A stretch of 64,000 nt of DNA from Promethearchaeota archaeon Loki_b32 (GTDB lineage: Archaea > Asgardarchaeota > Lokiarchaeia > Sigyniarchaeales > SOKP01), in contig NJBH01000011.1 of NCBI GenBank assembly GCA_005223125.1, forward strand, positions 1 to 64,000. Direction: 5' to 3'. The translations under genes were made by a program, and so were the position numbers. Positions within the stretch are counted from its first letter, which is position 1. Each line of letters begins with the position of its first letter. The notes beneath the pieces are model-generated. The model saw only the letters and a program-made list of their open reading frames with translations. It did not search any database and was not told where the DNA came from. This document shows, piece by piece, positions 30,629-40,540 of the stretch.

Positions 30629-31354
30629 TTGGCTGATTTTCATACTAAAACTTTTTATGGACAAAAAAGAAGTGTCAGAGTTACAAGTCCCTCCAAACAA
30701 GTTCCCTATATATTCTTAAGTTGTTTAAATAGAAAGAATGATGGTTCTTGGGAGAAACCTTCTGAAGGAGAAGGTAAAACAGTAAGGTTATCAATTGAGG
30801 AAATTATCTGCATCTTAGAGGTTCTTTATAGGAGAAGTGCAAATTGGAGAGGGTATCATGTTTTTAAAGAACGCAAAACCGAGATTTATGTAGGATGGGA
30901 GGATGAATCTCGTCAAGTTTTACAGATTAAAATAGGCGAATATGTAAAGAAACTTCGATTTCCAAATTTAAATTTCATGACACTACTTTTGGATCATATA
31001 CTTAAAGAAAAAATTGAATTTGCTACAAGTGGTACTTTTGAGACTAAAACTATAAAAAAAGCAGAGCTAGATGAAGAAGCTGAATATGGTCTTTTTTCAG
31101 AACATATAACTGCTATAGATGGTTTACACATAGTAGAAACTACAGAATTTAGTGTTTCAAGAAATATAGTTGAAATTAATGCAAAAATAAAGGTAGAAAG
31201 TCCTAAAGCATTATTGATTACTCTAGATTCGGGAGAGGAATTTTGGATACCAAAAAGTACTATACATAGCACTTATGATGTTACCGAAAAAAAGAAATCT
31301 CAAATAATGCTTGTAGATAAATGGATTATAGAAAAGAATAAGATTTTAAAATAA
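30629..31354 (+). CDS. Hypothetical protein; possible PC4/Whirly-like N-domain plus a W.PKS C-domain
   Basis: Beta-rich N-terminus followed by VRLSIEEI; C-terminal ESPKALL...FWIPKS. Confidence 0.6.
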   Translation: MADFHTKTFYGQKRSVRVTSPSKQVPYIFLSCLNRKNDGSWEKPSEGEGKTVRLSIEEIICILEVLYRRSANWRGYHVFKERKTEIYVGWEDESRQVLQIKIGEYVKKLRFPNLNFMTLLLDHILKEKIEFATSGTFETKTIKKAELDEEAEYGLFSEHITAIDGLHIVETTEFSVSRNIVEINAKIKVESPKALLITLDSGEEFWIPKSTIHSTYDVTEKKKSQIMLVDKWIIEKNKILK

Positions 31355-31436
31355 AAAAAAAACTAAATTCTTTAAGTTTAAGAAAGAATAAATAATAATA
31401 ACTAATTTTTACTTCCCTATCTAATTACTGTTCAAT

Positions 31437-32276
31437 TTGATTTTAATGGATTTCAGTATTGATTTTTTAAAACAACTTGCTACAAAAGTATATGATGTAG
31501 TAAAACCCCTTTTAGGGACAAAAGAAGCAGCTCAAAAATCTAAAAGAGGAGCGGGGGGAGATATTTCGATGCATATTGATCTTGTCGCGGAGGATGCCAT
31601 TGTCAAATTCTTAGAAAAAGAAAATATGAATTTATTGTTAATAAGTGAAGAATTGGGAGAAAAATATATTGGAGATCCAGAAAAAGCAAAAATAAACCAG
31701 AATGTATTAATTGTAGACCCCTTAGATGGATCCAATAATGCTGCGAGAGGAGTGCCATATTACTCTGTTTCGATAGCTTATGCAGTTGGAAATAGAGTAA
31801 GTGACATTAAAAAAGCAGTAGTACTTAACCTAATTACAAAGGATATTTATTGTGCAGAAAAAGGAGGAGGAGCTTACTATAATGATACACCCATTTATGT
31901 TTCTGATTTGGATCTTTCACAAAAATGCTTTTTTGAACTTAATCTTCCCATGAAAAACCTAATGAAGAATTTACAGAAGTTAACTCCGCTTATAAAAAGA
32001 TTTCATAGAATAAGAATATTAGGAAGCTGTGCTTTAACCTTATGTCAAATAGCAAGTGGTAATATGGAAGCCTTCATCAACTTGAGAGAAAGTAACCGTT
32101 TAGTAGATGTGGCTGCTGGAATGCTAATTCTTAAAGAAGCTGGGGGAGAGATCTTCTCTTTAAATGGAGGTAATATTGATATTGAACTATCTATAGATGC
32201 GAAGTTTCCATTTATAGCTTGCAATGCTGTATTGGTTTCACTTTTAAAAGAAGAATTAAAGTTAAAAAAATGTTAA
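31437..32276 (+). CDS. suhB: Inositol monophosphatase / FBPase (SuhB family)
   Basis: ISEE, VDPLDGSNN, RILGS and DVAAG motifs. Confidence 0.88.
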   Translation: MILMDFSIDFLKQLATKVYDVVKPLLGTKEAAQKSKRGAGGDISMHIDLVAEDAIVKFLEKENMNLLLISEELGEKYIGDPEKAKINQNVLIVDPLDGSNNAARGVPYYSVSIAYAVGNRVSDIKKAVVLNLITKDIYCAEKGGGAYYNDTPIYVSDLDLSQKCFFELNLPMKNLMKNLQKLTPLIKRFHRIRILGSCALTLCQIASGNMEAFINLRESNRLVDVAAGMLILKEAGGEIFSLNGGNIDIELSIDAKFPFIACNAVLVSLLKEELKLKKC

Positions 32277-32342
32277 TTAGAGATATTTCGTTCATGACTT
32301 TTTACTAAAATTATTTATAATAATTTATATAAATATTTACTA

Positions 32343-33503
32343 ATGAATTCAAGAGAAAGAGTAAAAATTACTTTAAATCATGAAGAACCAGATATGGTTC
32401 CAATTGATTTAGGTGGGCATCAATCTGGAATTCATATAAAAGCATACAAAAAGCTATTAGATTATCTGGAAATTAAAAATAGCGATATTCAGTACTGTGA
32501 TTTTGTCCAACAAATAGCATTACCATGTGAAGAATTATTGGAGAGTTTCAATGTGGATATAAGATATGTCCGCCCTTTAGGTGGGATGGTAAATGTAAAT
32601 GACTTCCAGCCACAATATGAGGGAAAATACGTAGGAGTCTACGATCAATTTGGCTGTTTTTGGGGAAATGACGCAAACAAAGATTTAGATGAAATTTTAT
32701 ATTATGATCCTGTTATTCATCCATTTGCTGATTTTAAAGCTGTTCAAGAGATTGAAAATTATGATTGGCCAAATGGAAAAGATAAAACTCCATTTAAAGA
32801 ATTAAGGGAGTATGCAAAAAAATTGCGCGAAACTACTAATTATGCTTTATCAACACCTCCTACGGGATGCGTATATGAATATACTACTTTTCTTTTTGGT
32901 TTTACAAAAGTACTAAGATTTTTACATCCAAAACCAGAATTAATTGTTGCTGCTATGGAAGGGCTTTTGAAATACTGGATTGAATATAACATAACTTTTT
33001 TAAAGGAAGTAGGTGAATTTTTAGATGTTATTTGTGTTAATGGAGATTTAGCTGAACAAACAGGGCCAATTATGAACTTGAAAATATATGAACAAATTAT
33101 AAAACCAGTCGAGAAAAAACTATCAAAAAAAATACATGAGCTAGCAGATGTTAAGATAAATTATCATTGTTGTGGCTCTACTCCTTTATTCATCCCCCAT
33201 TGGGCAGAAATCGGGTATGATATCTATAACCCTGTTCAAATTTCCGCTTATGATATGGAACCATGTAGTTTGAAAAAACGCTTTGGAAACATGATTACTT
33301 TTTGGGGAGGTATGTGCAATACACAAGGAACACTTCCTTTTGGGACTCCTAAAGAAATAAAACAAGAAGTTAAGAGAAATTTTGAGTGTTTCAAACCTGG
33401 TGGTGGATATATAGCAGCAAATATTCATAATATTACTGCAGAAGTTCCACCTCAGAATATTGTAGCTATGTTTGATGCTGCTAATGAATTTAGGAACTAT
33501 TAG
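32343..33503 (+). CDS. Uroporphyrinogen decarboxylase / MtaA-CmuA family protein
   Basis: MNSRERV..LNHEEPD, YHCCG, FWGG, GGGYI and HNI motifs. Confidence 0.88.
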   Translation: MNSRERVKITLNHEEPDMVPIDLGGHQSGIHIKAYKKLLDYLEIKNSDIQYCDFVQQIALPCEELLESFNVDIRYVRPLGGMVNVNDFQPQYEGKYVGVYDQFGCFWGNDANKDLDEILYYDPVIHPFADFKAVQEIENYDWPNGKDKTPFKELREYAKKLRETTNYALSTPPTGCVYEYTTFLFGFTKVLRFLHPKPELIVAAMEGLLKYWIEYNITFLKEVGEFLDVICVNGDLAEQTGPIMNLKIYEQIIKPVEKKLSKKIHELADVKINYHCCGSTPLFIPHWAEIGYDIYNPVQISAYDMEPCSLKKRFGNMITFWGGMCNTQGTLPFGTPKEIKQEVKRNFECFKPGGGYIAANIHNITAEVPPQNIVAMFDAANEFRNY

Positions 33504-33531
33504 ATATAATTAAATTGATATCTTAAAAATT

Positions 33532-34707
33532 TCAATCTGGTATATTAATAGGATAATTTCCATACTTTCTTTTAATATTTTGCATTGCCTCAAAATGTTC
33601 TACAGGTATAACTGGATTTATTGAGTGACCAGAAGCAAAAATATAGCCTCCTCCAGGTGCTAATTCACGAATTAATTGTTTTGCATAAGTTTCAATTTCA
33701 TAGATCTCTCCATAAGCTAACATTATTGGACTTACATTTCCACAGAATGTAATTTTATCTCCATATTTTTTATGTAATTCAAAAATATCATAATCTGGAT
33801 TTGCAGTAGTTGATTCAACTGGATTTATTACATCTACTCCACACGCAACTATATCTTCAAAGATTTCAAGTAGATCACCATCAGAATGTAGAAATATTTT
33901 ACAATCTTGTTTATGAGCTGCATTACAAATACGTTTCAGCCAAGGAAAAACATAAGTCTTGTAATTTCTTGGACTCATGAATAAACCATTTTTAAACCCA
34001 TAATCATCGTAGAGAAGTATTAATTGAGCGTCATTTTCGGCTAATATCTTTACAATTTCTAAAGTAAACTTACCTCGATCATCAAATACTTTTTTTGCTT
34101 GCTTTTGTTTTGCTAATATTCTTACAAAGTTTTCTAATCCAAAACCTTGCCAGGAACATTCCATCAAAGCACCCGTAGATGGAATCGAGAACACATCATT
34201 ATTTAATTCCTCTTGTGCTTGCCGTCCTGCTAAAAAATTATTTAACCTAGCTTCCCAATAAGGATCTAAAGGTTCCCAGCTTTCATAATCATCAAAATCT
34301 TTAAAGTATCCTCCATGATATCCCAAAATAACTGTTTTATCTTTTTCATAAACTTCAAACTTCATAATACGTCCATATTCATCAATATAACCTTCACCAC
34401 TTTCTAAAAGTATACGCGGATATATTGAAGCAAAGCTAACTACAATATCTATTTCAGCTCGGCGGAAAAATTCGTAAGATTTAAGATTACCCCTTTTGAG
34501 TATTTCTATATTTTTTATACCTTTTAAATAAAGCTCTTGTCCAGCTTTACCTAATTTACTTAACTTTGCTAGAATATCTCTAAAACCTTGATCAGTTGGA
34601 AGATTGTAATGATTAATTATTGAATTATTAGAGATAATTTCAAAAGCAGGAACTCTATCAGGTTCTTCATGATTTATTACTTTTAAAACTCTTTCTGGTG
34701 CTTTAAT
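33532..34707 (-). CDS. Uroporphyrinogen decarboxylase family protein; probable ATT start at 34707
   Basis: The frame stays open for 114 codons upstream of the track ATG and begins IKAPERVLKVINHEEPDRVP, the family N-terminus; LHSDG and GGGYIFASGHS motifs. Confidence 0.85.
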   Translation of the reverse strand: MKAPERVLKVINHEEPDRVPAFEIISNNSIINHYNLPTDQGFRDILAKLSKLGKAGQELYLKGIKNIEILKRGNLKSYEFFRRAEIDIVVSFASIYPRILLESGEGYIDEYGRIMKFEVYEKDKTVILGYHGGYFKDFDDYESWEPLDPYWEARLNNFLAGRQAQEELNNDVFSIPSTGALMECSWQGFGLENFVRILAKQKQAKKVFDDRGKFTLEIVKILAENDAQLILLYDDYGFKNGLFMSPRNYKTYVFPWLKRICNAAHKQDCKIFLHSDGDLLEIFEDIVACGVDVINPVESTTANPDYDIFELHKKYGDKITFCGNVSPIMLAYGEIYEIETYAKQLIRELAPGGGYIFASGHSINPVIPVEHFEAMQNIKRKYGNYPINIPD

Positions 34708-34807
34708 TTCATATCCCCGAAATCTTTAATTTATACTTAATTATAATTTATGTTACAAGTATTTTTTTTGTAAATAAAAGGTTATTCTCAAAAAAAGCTG
34801 TGGTTTC

Positions 34808-35413
34808 ATGACTGAGTTGAAACGATTAAGCAGAGAATTTTTTACGAAAGATACAAAAAATGTTGCAAGAGAATTATTAGGAAATTATTTAGTTAGAGAA
34901 ACAGAAAAGGGACATATGATTGGGAAAATTTTGGAGGTAGAAGCTTATCTAGGTCCTGATGATAAAGCAAGTCATTCTTATAATTATAGGAAAACGGAGA
35001 GAACAAAAGTCATGTATATGAAACCTGGAACTCTTTATATTTATTTGATATATGGATTATACTATTGTTTAAACGTTATAACCGAGCCAGAACAAATGCC
35101 CTGTGCTGTATTGATCCGGCAACTCTTTCCTATTGATGGAATTGAATTAATGATTGCCAATAGAAATGTTAAAATTGGAAAAAAGTTTAAAAATTTAACA
35201 GATGGTCCGGAAAAGCTTTGTATTGCATTAGATATTACCAAAGATAAATTTAATGGTAAAGATTCATGTTCATTGGAATCAAAATTATATTTTGCTCAAG
35301 GAGAGAAAATCCTAAAAGAAAAAATCTTATTTAATAAGAGAATAGGAGTTGGTTATGCTGAAGAAGATAAAGGCCGTCTTTTACGGTTTACTATAAAAAA
35401 CGAAATTGCATAA
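34808..35413 (+). CDS. mpg: DNA-3-methyladenine glycosylase (MPG/AAG family)
   Basis: VARELLG, EVEAYLG..D.ASHS, YIYLIYG, AVLIR and RIGV motifs. Confidence 0.92.
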   Translation: MTELKRLSREFFTKDTKNVARELLGNYLVRETEKGHMIGKILEVEAYLGPDDKASHSYNYRKTERTKVMYMKPGTLYIYLIYGLYYCLNVITEPEQMPCAVLIRQLFPIDGIELMIANRNVKIGKKFKNLTDGPEKLCIALDITKDKFNGKDSCSLESKLYFAQGEKILKEKILFNKRIGVGYAEEDKGRLLRFTIKNEIA

Positions 35414-35563
35414 ATTTTTTCATAATTTCTTTTTTTTCATAATACAAATTTGACATTAATGGATAAATTTATATATCTGTATTCTTCGTCTTTCTATGTA
35501 AGTTAGGGTTTAAGGTAACATATTTTAAAGAGAAATTACTGAATATTATACTGAGGTGATTTT

Positions 35564-36025
35564 ATCCCTAAGGACGCATTAAAGTTTTTTCACGCATATG
35601 TTAAAGAAATGATTGATATAGGTGGGAGTAATTTACCAAAAGCAATTTCTACTAAATCTGGGTCAAAACTGGGAAAATTATATAAAGAAAGAGGATTAAC
35701 TGTAGATATCGGGATTGCTTTAAAACAAGTATATTCTGCACTTAAAGCAAAACCATTGATAAAAAAACTAAATGATGATACATATGAAGTGATTATTAGA
35801 TACTCAAAAAAATTCTGCCCTATAGGAGGGGCTCATAATCCCTCCCGAGCTCCGATTTTTCAAGAGAATATTTGTATTCCTTATACACGGGGTTTTTTAA
35901 ATGAACTTTTTCCACAATTTACGTTTGAAGCAGAAATTTTAAATTGTATACCACTTAATAATCAACATACTTGCCATTACATTCTAAAAATCAAAAATAA
36001 GAAGAATACAGATCACATAACTTGA
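35564..36025 (+). CDS. V4R/MetOD1-like protein 1; probable ATC start
   Basis: The upstream in-frame KDALKFFHAYVKE matches the paralogues; FCP, ICIP, NC and TC cysteines; GAGGTGA SD. Confidence 0.75.
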   Translation: MPKDALKFFHAYVKEMIDIGGSNLPKAISTKSGSKLGKLYKERGLTVDIGIALKQVYSALKAKPLIKKLNDDTYEVIIRYSKKFCPIGGAHNPSRAPIFQENICIPYTRGFLNELFPQFTFEAEILNCIPLNNQHTCHYILKIKNKKNTDHIT

Positions 36026-36196
36026 CTTGAAGGTTTTTTCTAATTCAATTCATGAAATTTTTCTTTAAAAATCTTAGAAACGCTCCTTTCCTTTTTTATT
36101 ATCAAATAAATAATTCTGATAACAAGTCTTAAATAATTTAAAGTGGAGATTAATCTAGATTTTTCTTAATTATTTTAAAATATACATCTCAAACTT

Positions 36197-36655
36197 ATGT
36201 CAAAAAATAAGGATTCTTTAAAGTTCTTTCAAGCATACATTAAAGAAATGATCGATATTGGAGGAAAAAATTTACCAAAAGCCATCTCTAGTAAATCGGG
36301 GGCAAAATTAGGAAAAATGTATAAAGGAAGAGGATTAACTTTGGATATTGGAGCTGCATTAAAACAAATTTATACTGCATTGAATGGAAAACCAGTGATA
36401 AAACAATTAGATGAGAATAGATATGAAGTAATCGTAAAATTTGCAAAGAAATTTTGTCCAATCGGGGGTTCAAACAATCCATCTCGAGCTTCAATTTTTC
36501 AAGAAAACATTTGTATTCCCTACATGCGAGGATTTTTAAATGAGATTTTTCCCCAATTCACGTTCGGAGAAGATATCTTAAATTGTATTCCCCTGAATAA
36601 TCAAAAGACTTGCCATTTTATTTTAAAGATCAAAAATAAACAACATATCAGTTAG
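36197..36655 (+). CDS. V4R/MetOD1-like protein 2
   Basis: Tandem paralogue with the same four cysteines. Confidence 0.75.
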   Translation: MSKNKDSLKFFQAYIKEMIDIGGKNLPKAISSKSGAKLGKMYKGRGLTLDIGAALKQIYTALNGKPVIKQLDENRYEVIVKFAKKFCPIGGSNNPSRASIFQENICIPYMRGFLNEIFPQFTFGEDILNCIPLNNQKTCHFILKIKNKQHIS

Positions 36656-36868
36656 TTATCATGTAAATTTTACAAGGATAATAATTTTATAGTAAAATAA
36701 AATTAGGGTATTTCCTAATTCACTTTATAAACTCTTTTATTTAAATCTTGAAAGCTCTAAATATTTGATTTATTTTCAATTAAATAATTCTTATAAAAAG
36801 TCTTAAATACTTTAATGTTGAGATTTAACTATATTTTACTTTATCAATAAAATAAACACAATAATAAA

Positions 36869-37327
36869 ATGCAAAAAAATAGAGATGCTTTAAAATTCTT
36901 TCAGGCGTATATTAAGGAAATGATTGATGTCGGTGGTATTAATCTTCCTAAATCGATCTCTGCCAGCTTAGGTGCCAAATTGGGTAAATTATTAAAACGA
37001 CGCGGAATATCTGGATTAGAGAATACTCTAAAAAGAATATATAATGTTCTTAATGCTAAGACTCAGATAAAAACAATAGATGATAATACTATGGAAATAA
37101 CTTTGCGTTATCGATCACGTTTCTGTCCTCTTGGAGGAGAATATAACCCTGATAGGGCTGAACTTATTCAAAATACAATATGTATCCCTTATACAGTAGC
37201 AATTTTGAATATTTCTCATCCTGAGTATAAATATAGTGCCAAAATAATGGAATGTATTCTTAATTCCAATCAAAAAAATTGTAAATATCGACTAGTAAAA
37301 GAACTGAAAAGCATTGACAATAATTGA
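36869..37327 (+). CDS. V4R/MetOD1-like protein 3
   Basis: Tandem paralogue with the same four cysteines. Confidence 0.75.
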   Translation: MQKNRDALKFFQAYIKEMIDVGGINLPKSISASLGAKLGKLLKRRGISGLENTLKRIYNVLNAKTQIKTIDDNTMEITLRYRSRFCPLGGEYNPDRAELIQNTICIPYTVAILNISHPEYKYSAKIMECILNSNQKNCKYRLVKELKSIDNN

Positions 37328-37339
37328 GGAGGTTTTAAA

Positions 37340-37649
37340 AAACCTGAACCTCGATGTCAATCCTAATATTATGACCAAATTATCTCATACCCCTCCACTG
37401 CCTTAACCATGAAGCGTGAACACCTATAGTTACGAATGCTTCCTCCCGGACCTGTTCGGGTTTCTAATTACGAGCTTATACCTTTCCTACAAAAGGTACT
37501 ACTCTGACACCCACCATCATGGGGACAGCTTCGACGGAATACAAGATTGGATAATATTACTCATGAGAACTGAATTCAGGCAATTTCCACTATTGAGCAT
37601 TTTGTGGTCGACCCAGCAAGGGGCTTCAAGCATTGCCCAAGTTGCTCGA
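37340..37649 (-). ncRNA. ffs: Signal recognition particle RNA (7S RNA)
   Basis: Helix-8 motif CAGGUCCGGGAGGAAGCA; helix 6 UACCUUUU-GUAG-GAAAGGUA with a GNAR loop; long helix 5 (CCUGAAUUC/GAGGUUCAGG, UAAUAUUAU/AUAAUAUUA); about 310 nt, GC-enriched. Confidence 0.9.
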
Positions 37650-37740
37650 TAATTTTAAAGTATTATTAAATATTAAATTTTTCATTTTCAAAAAATTGGT
37701 TGAATTCTCCTAATTATCAAATAAATCATGAAGTATCGAT

Positions 37741-37905
37741 TTATTTTCTCGAAATAATTTCTTTTTTAATCTCTCTTCTTCTAATTATTGAGAGAAACTC
37801 TTTTGTATCCGGAAAGACGTAAATAAGATCTTCACCATCATCCTCTATAGTAATCTCTTTATAAAATTTCCCTTTAACCTTAGTATTTAAATCATTCAAA
37901 ATCAT
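37741..37905 (-). CDS. Small hypothetical protein (54 aa)
   Basis: ATG-initiated ORF MILNDLNTKVKGKFYKEITIEDDGEDLIYVFPD..., below the track cutoff. Confidence 0.4.
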   Translation of the reverse strand: MILNDLNTKVKGKFYKEITIEDDGEDLIYVFPDTKEFLSIIRRREIKKEIISRK

Positions 37906-38000
37906 GAATTAAAAATACAAGATAAAGATTCATAAAAACGTATAGCACGGTGATAATATGAAGATTATTAGAAAAAGAGAGACTGAAAATAAAGATTATA

Positions 38001-38858
38001 TTAGTTTACGAGGATTTGATCTAAAAATGTTTTTATTTGATGATTAGCAGATTTTCCATGATTAAATAAACCATTTAGATAACCATTAAAGAAAACCTTA
38101 ATTTCAGAGTTAAGATCTTTTATGTCAGCATAATTATATTGTGATTTTAATTTCTTACCATTAACTATTGGTTTTACATGTTTTTCAATTAAACTCAATG
38201 TAAAATTCACGACTGCATGATTGACATTTTCTTTATCATCAGAAGATAACTCATAATTTCCTTGAATAGTATGTTTTCTAATTTCGTTTAATTCTAATAA
38301 CAATTTCTCTAAATCTGATGATAATTTCAATAGTTTTATTTTTGAAGATAAATCTTCACCATTATTATTGGGAAGTTGAGCATCGCAATATTTCTCTATA
38401 TTCGCATAGAATCGGACTAAAAGCTTAAATGTGTCTTTAATTTCATACATACTTTCCCAAATATTTAGATCTATACCAGTAAGAGATTTTTTAATATTAG
38501 CTTTAACTTTTTCAATAACTCCTGATAAATACTGTGAATAATCCTCAAATGGAAACCCAAAATAATAATTATTATATTTTTCTTTAATATCTTTATTTGT
38601 TAAACTCTGAGATTGGATTTTTTCTTTTTTCACGACTTCTTTCATAAATCTTAATACGAAATTACAATTAGGACAGTAAGTAATCCAAGAGCTGAGAATG
38701 ACTTCGGGGGGCTTTACTCCACTAGAACTTATATATCCATTAAAACCTGACAATAATCCTCCATTTGAAGAAGTAAAAGTGGCTTCCTCAGGGTAAAAAG
38801 TCCTTGGAATAAATTTAATACTGCATAGTGGGCATTTTAGTTTTTCTTTTTTATTCAT
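38001..38858 (-). CDS. Hypothetical protein with an N-terminal Zn ribbon
   Basis: CPLC...CPNC; helical C-terminus. Confidence 0.7.
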   Translation of the reverse strand: MNKKEKLKCPLCSIKFIPRTFYPEEATFTSSNGGLLSGFNGYISSSGVKPPEVILSSWITYCPNCNFVLRFMKEVVKKEKIQSQSLTNKDIKEKYNNYYFGFPFEDYSQYLSGVIEKVKANIKKSLTGIDLNIWESMYEIKDTFKLLVRFYANIEKYCDAQLPNNNGEDLSSKIKLLKLSSDLEKLLLELNEIRKHTIQGNYELSSDDKENVNHAVVNFTLSLIEKHVKPIVNGKKLKSQYNYADIKDLNSEIKVFFNGYLNGLFNHGKSANHQIKTFLDQILVN

Positions 38859-39067
38859 GACTCTTCAAAAAATGTAATTATGTATCCAATAATTGATTAT
38901 ACAATAACACAATTGCTAGTATAATTGGTTCTATAAATACAAGAATAATATGTAGACCATATTCCTTTGAATTAGTCTATTAATAAAAATACAAAAAAAA
39001 AGTAACATTAATAGTTATCACATTATAAGCATAATAATAGAAGAAATTTATATGGAAAAATTCCAAA

Positions 39068-40174
39068 ATGTCAGAAGATATAGTATATGTGGATGCTAAC
39101 ACTCTTGAAAATTTTATGAGAGATGTTTTTATAGGACTTGGTGTCCCAGAGGAAGATGCTACTATCATTGCTGATGTATTAATTACATCAGATAAAAGAG
39201 GTATAGATTCACATGGGATACAGCGGTGTAAAATGTATTATGACCGTATTAAGGAAGGAATTTATGAAGCAATTACAAAAATTGATATTATAAAAGAGGG
39301 CCCTACTACAGCTCTTTTAGATGGAAATTGTGGAATAGGTCATGTAATAGCTCATAAGGCAATGAAGATGGCAATCGAAAAAGCAAAAAAGTATGGATTA
39401 GGAGCAGTAGCAGTAAAGAATTCTACTCATTTTGGCATTGCAGGCTATTATTCGCTTATGGCAATAGAAGAAGGTATGATTGGGATAACAGTTACCAATG
39501 CAAGACCCTCTATACCCCCCACATTCGGATGTGAACCAATGTTAGGAACAAATCCTTTGACTGTTGGAGCTCCTACTGATGAGAAATTCCCTTTTCTAAT
39601 TGATTGTGCCACATCAATTATTCAAAGAGGAAAAGTTGAAATTAACGCTCGGATTAATAAACCACTTCCAGAAAATACTGTAATAGATGATAAAGGTGAG
39701 ATCATGACTGATCCTAATAAGATATTAGACGAAATGCTAGAAAGAAAAGCATCTTTATTGCCATTAGGAGGAAAAGGTGAAGAAACAGCGGGTTACAAAG
39801 GATATGGTTATGCAACAGTTGTAGAACTTCTTTCAGCCGCCTTACAAGATGGAATTTACTTGCGAGATACACTAGGAATAGTTGAAGATAATCAAAAAAG
39901 ACTAAAGGTAGGTCATTTTTTTCTAGCAATTAATGCAGAAAGCTTTATTGGAGGGGATTCATTCAAAAAAACTGCTGGTAACATAATGAGGGATTTGAGG
40001 GGGTCAAGAAAGATTCCTGGAGTTGGGCGGATTTACACAGCGGGAGAAAAAGAATACATAGCAGAAAATGAGAGAAAAAAATCTGGTATCCCTCTTAATA
40101 AAAGTCTACAAAATGATATTAAAATCATGCAAAACGAACTCGGGCTAAAAAAACATAAATTTCCTTTTTCTTAG
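39068..40174 (+). CDS. Ldh_2 family (malate/lactate/sulfolactate) oxidoreductase
   Basis: GIDSHG, NSTHFG, GTNP, DCATS and GYKGYG motifs. Confidence 0.92.
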   Translation: MSEDIVYVDANTLENFMRDVFIGLGVPEEDATIIADVLITSDKRGIDSHGIQRCKMYYDRIKEGIYEAITKIDIIKEGPTTALLDGNCGIGHVIAHKAMKMAIEKAKKYGLGAVAVKNSTHFGIAGYYSLMAIEEGMIGITVTNARPSIPPTFGCEPMLGTNPLTVGAPTDEKFPFLIDCATSIIQRGKVEINARINKPLPENTVIDDKGEIMTDPNKILDEMLERKASLLPLGGKGEETAGYKGYGYATVVELLSAALQDGIYLRDTLGIVEDNQKRLKVGHFFLAINAESFIGGDSFKKTAGNIMRDLRGSRKIPGVGRIYTAGEKEYIAENERKKSGIPLNKSLQNDIKIMQNELGLKKHKFPFS

Positions 40175-40298
40175 TTTTTATTAGTATTAAGGAATCTATA
40201 TTACTTTTTGTATAATCCAAGAAAACAATTACATATTTCTAAATTATTATTTTTAACAAGTGCTAAAATTTTTATATTAGTTAACTAATCTATAAGTT

Positions 40299-40406
40299 AT
40301 GGGCAAAAATTTTGTTGAAAAGCCTTGTATAATATATAATGGCTCCTGTCAATCCCCTGGATTTTTGTCTTTTGGTTGTTGTGTAATTAATTACACACAA
40401 GAATAA
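40299..40406 (+). CDS. Leaderless small ORF, PGFLSFG peptide copy A (35 aa)
   Basis: TATA (TTTATAT, 40271) about 25 nt upstream of the ATG; shares an in-frame, identical 22-nt core with 46805..46927. Confidence 0.6.
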   Translation: MGKNFVEKPCIIYNGSCQSPGFLSFGCCVINYTQE

Positions 40407-40466
40407 CCTACTCTGCCTTTTGAAATTTTATGCCTCTCATTGAGGCTTGTTGGCAGGAGCTACCTT
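40341..40466 (+). promoter_or_regulatory. Structured RNA element copy A (attenuator-like)
   Basis: Closing helix 40341-52/40450-61; hairpins TGTGTA-attaat-TACACA and GCCTC-tcatt-GAGGC. Confidence 0.6.
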
Positions 40467-40540
40467 TATTAATTTGAACTTTAGAACTATTTTAAAGTTA
40501 AAAAAGAAGATCTAAATCTCTATAAACGCTATTATTATCT

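Noticed and set aside
37416-37652. 78-aa + strand ORF
   Set aside because: Antisense shadow of the SRP RNA
40341-40461. ~120-nt closed structure as 5S rRNA or tRNA
   Set aside because: Lacks the conserved 5S loop sequences and tRNA T/D-arm motifs; the same applies to copy B
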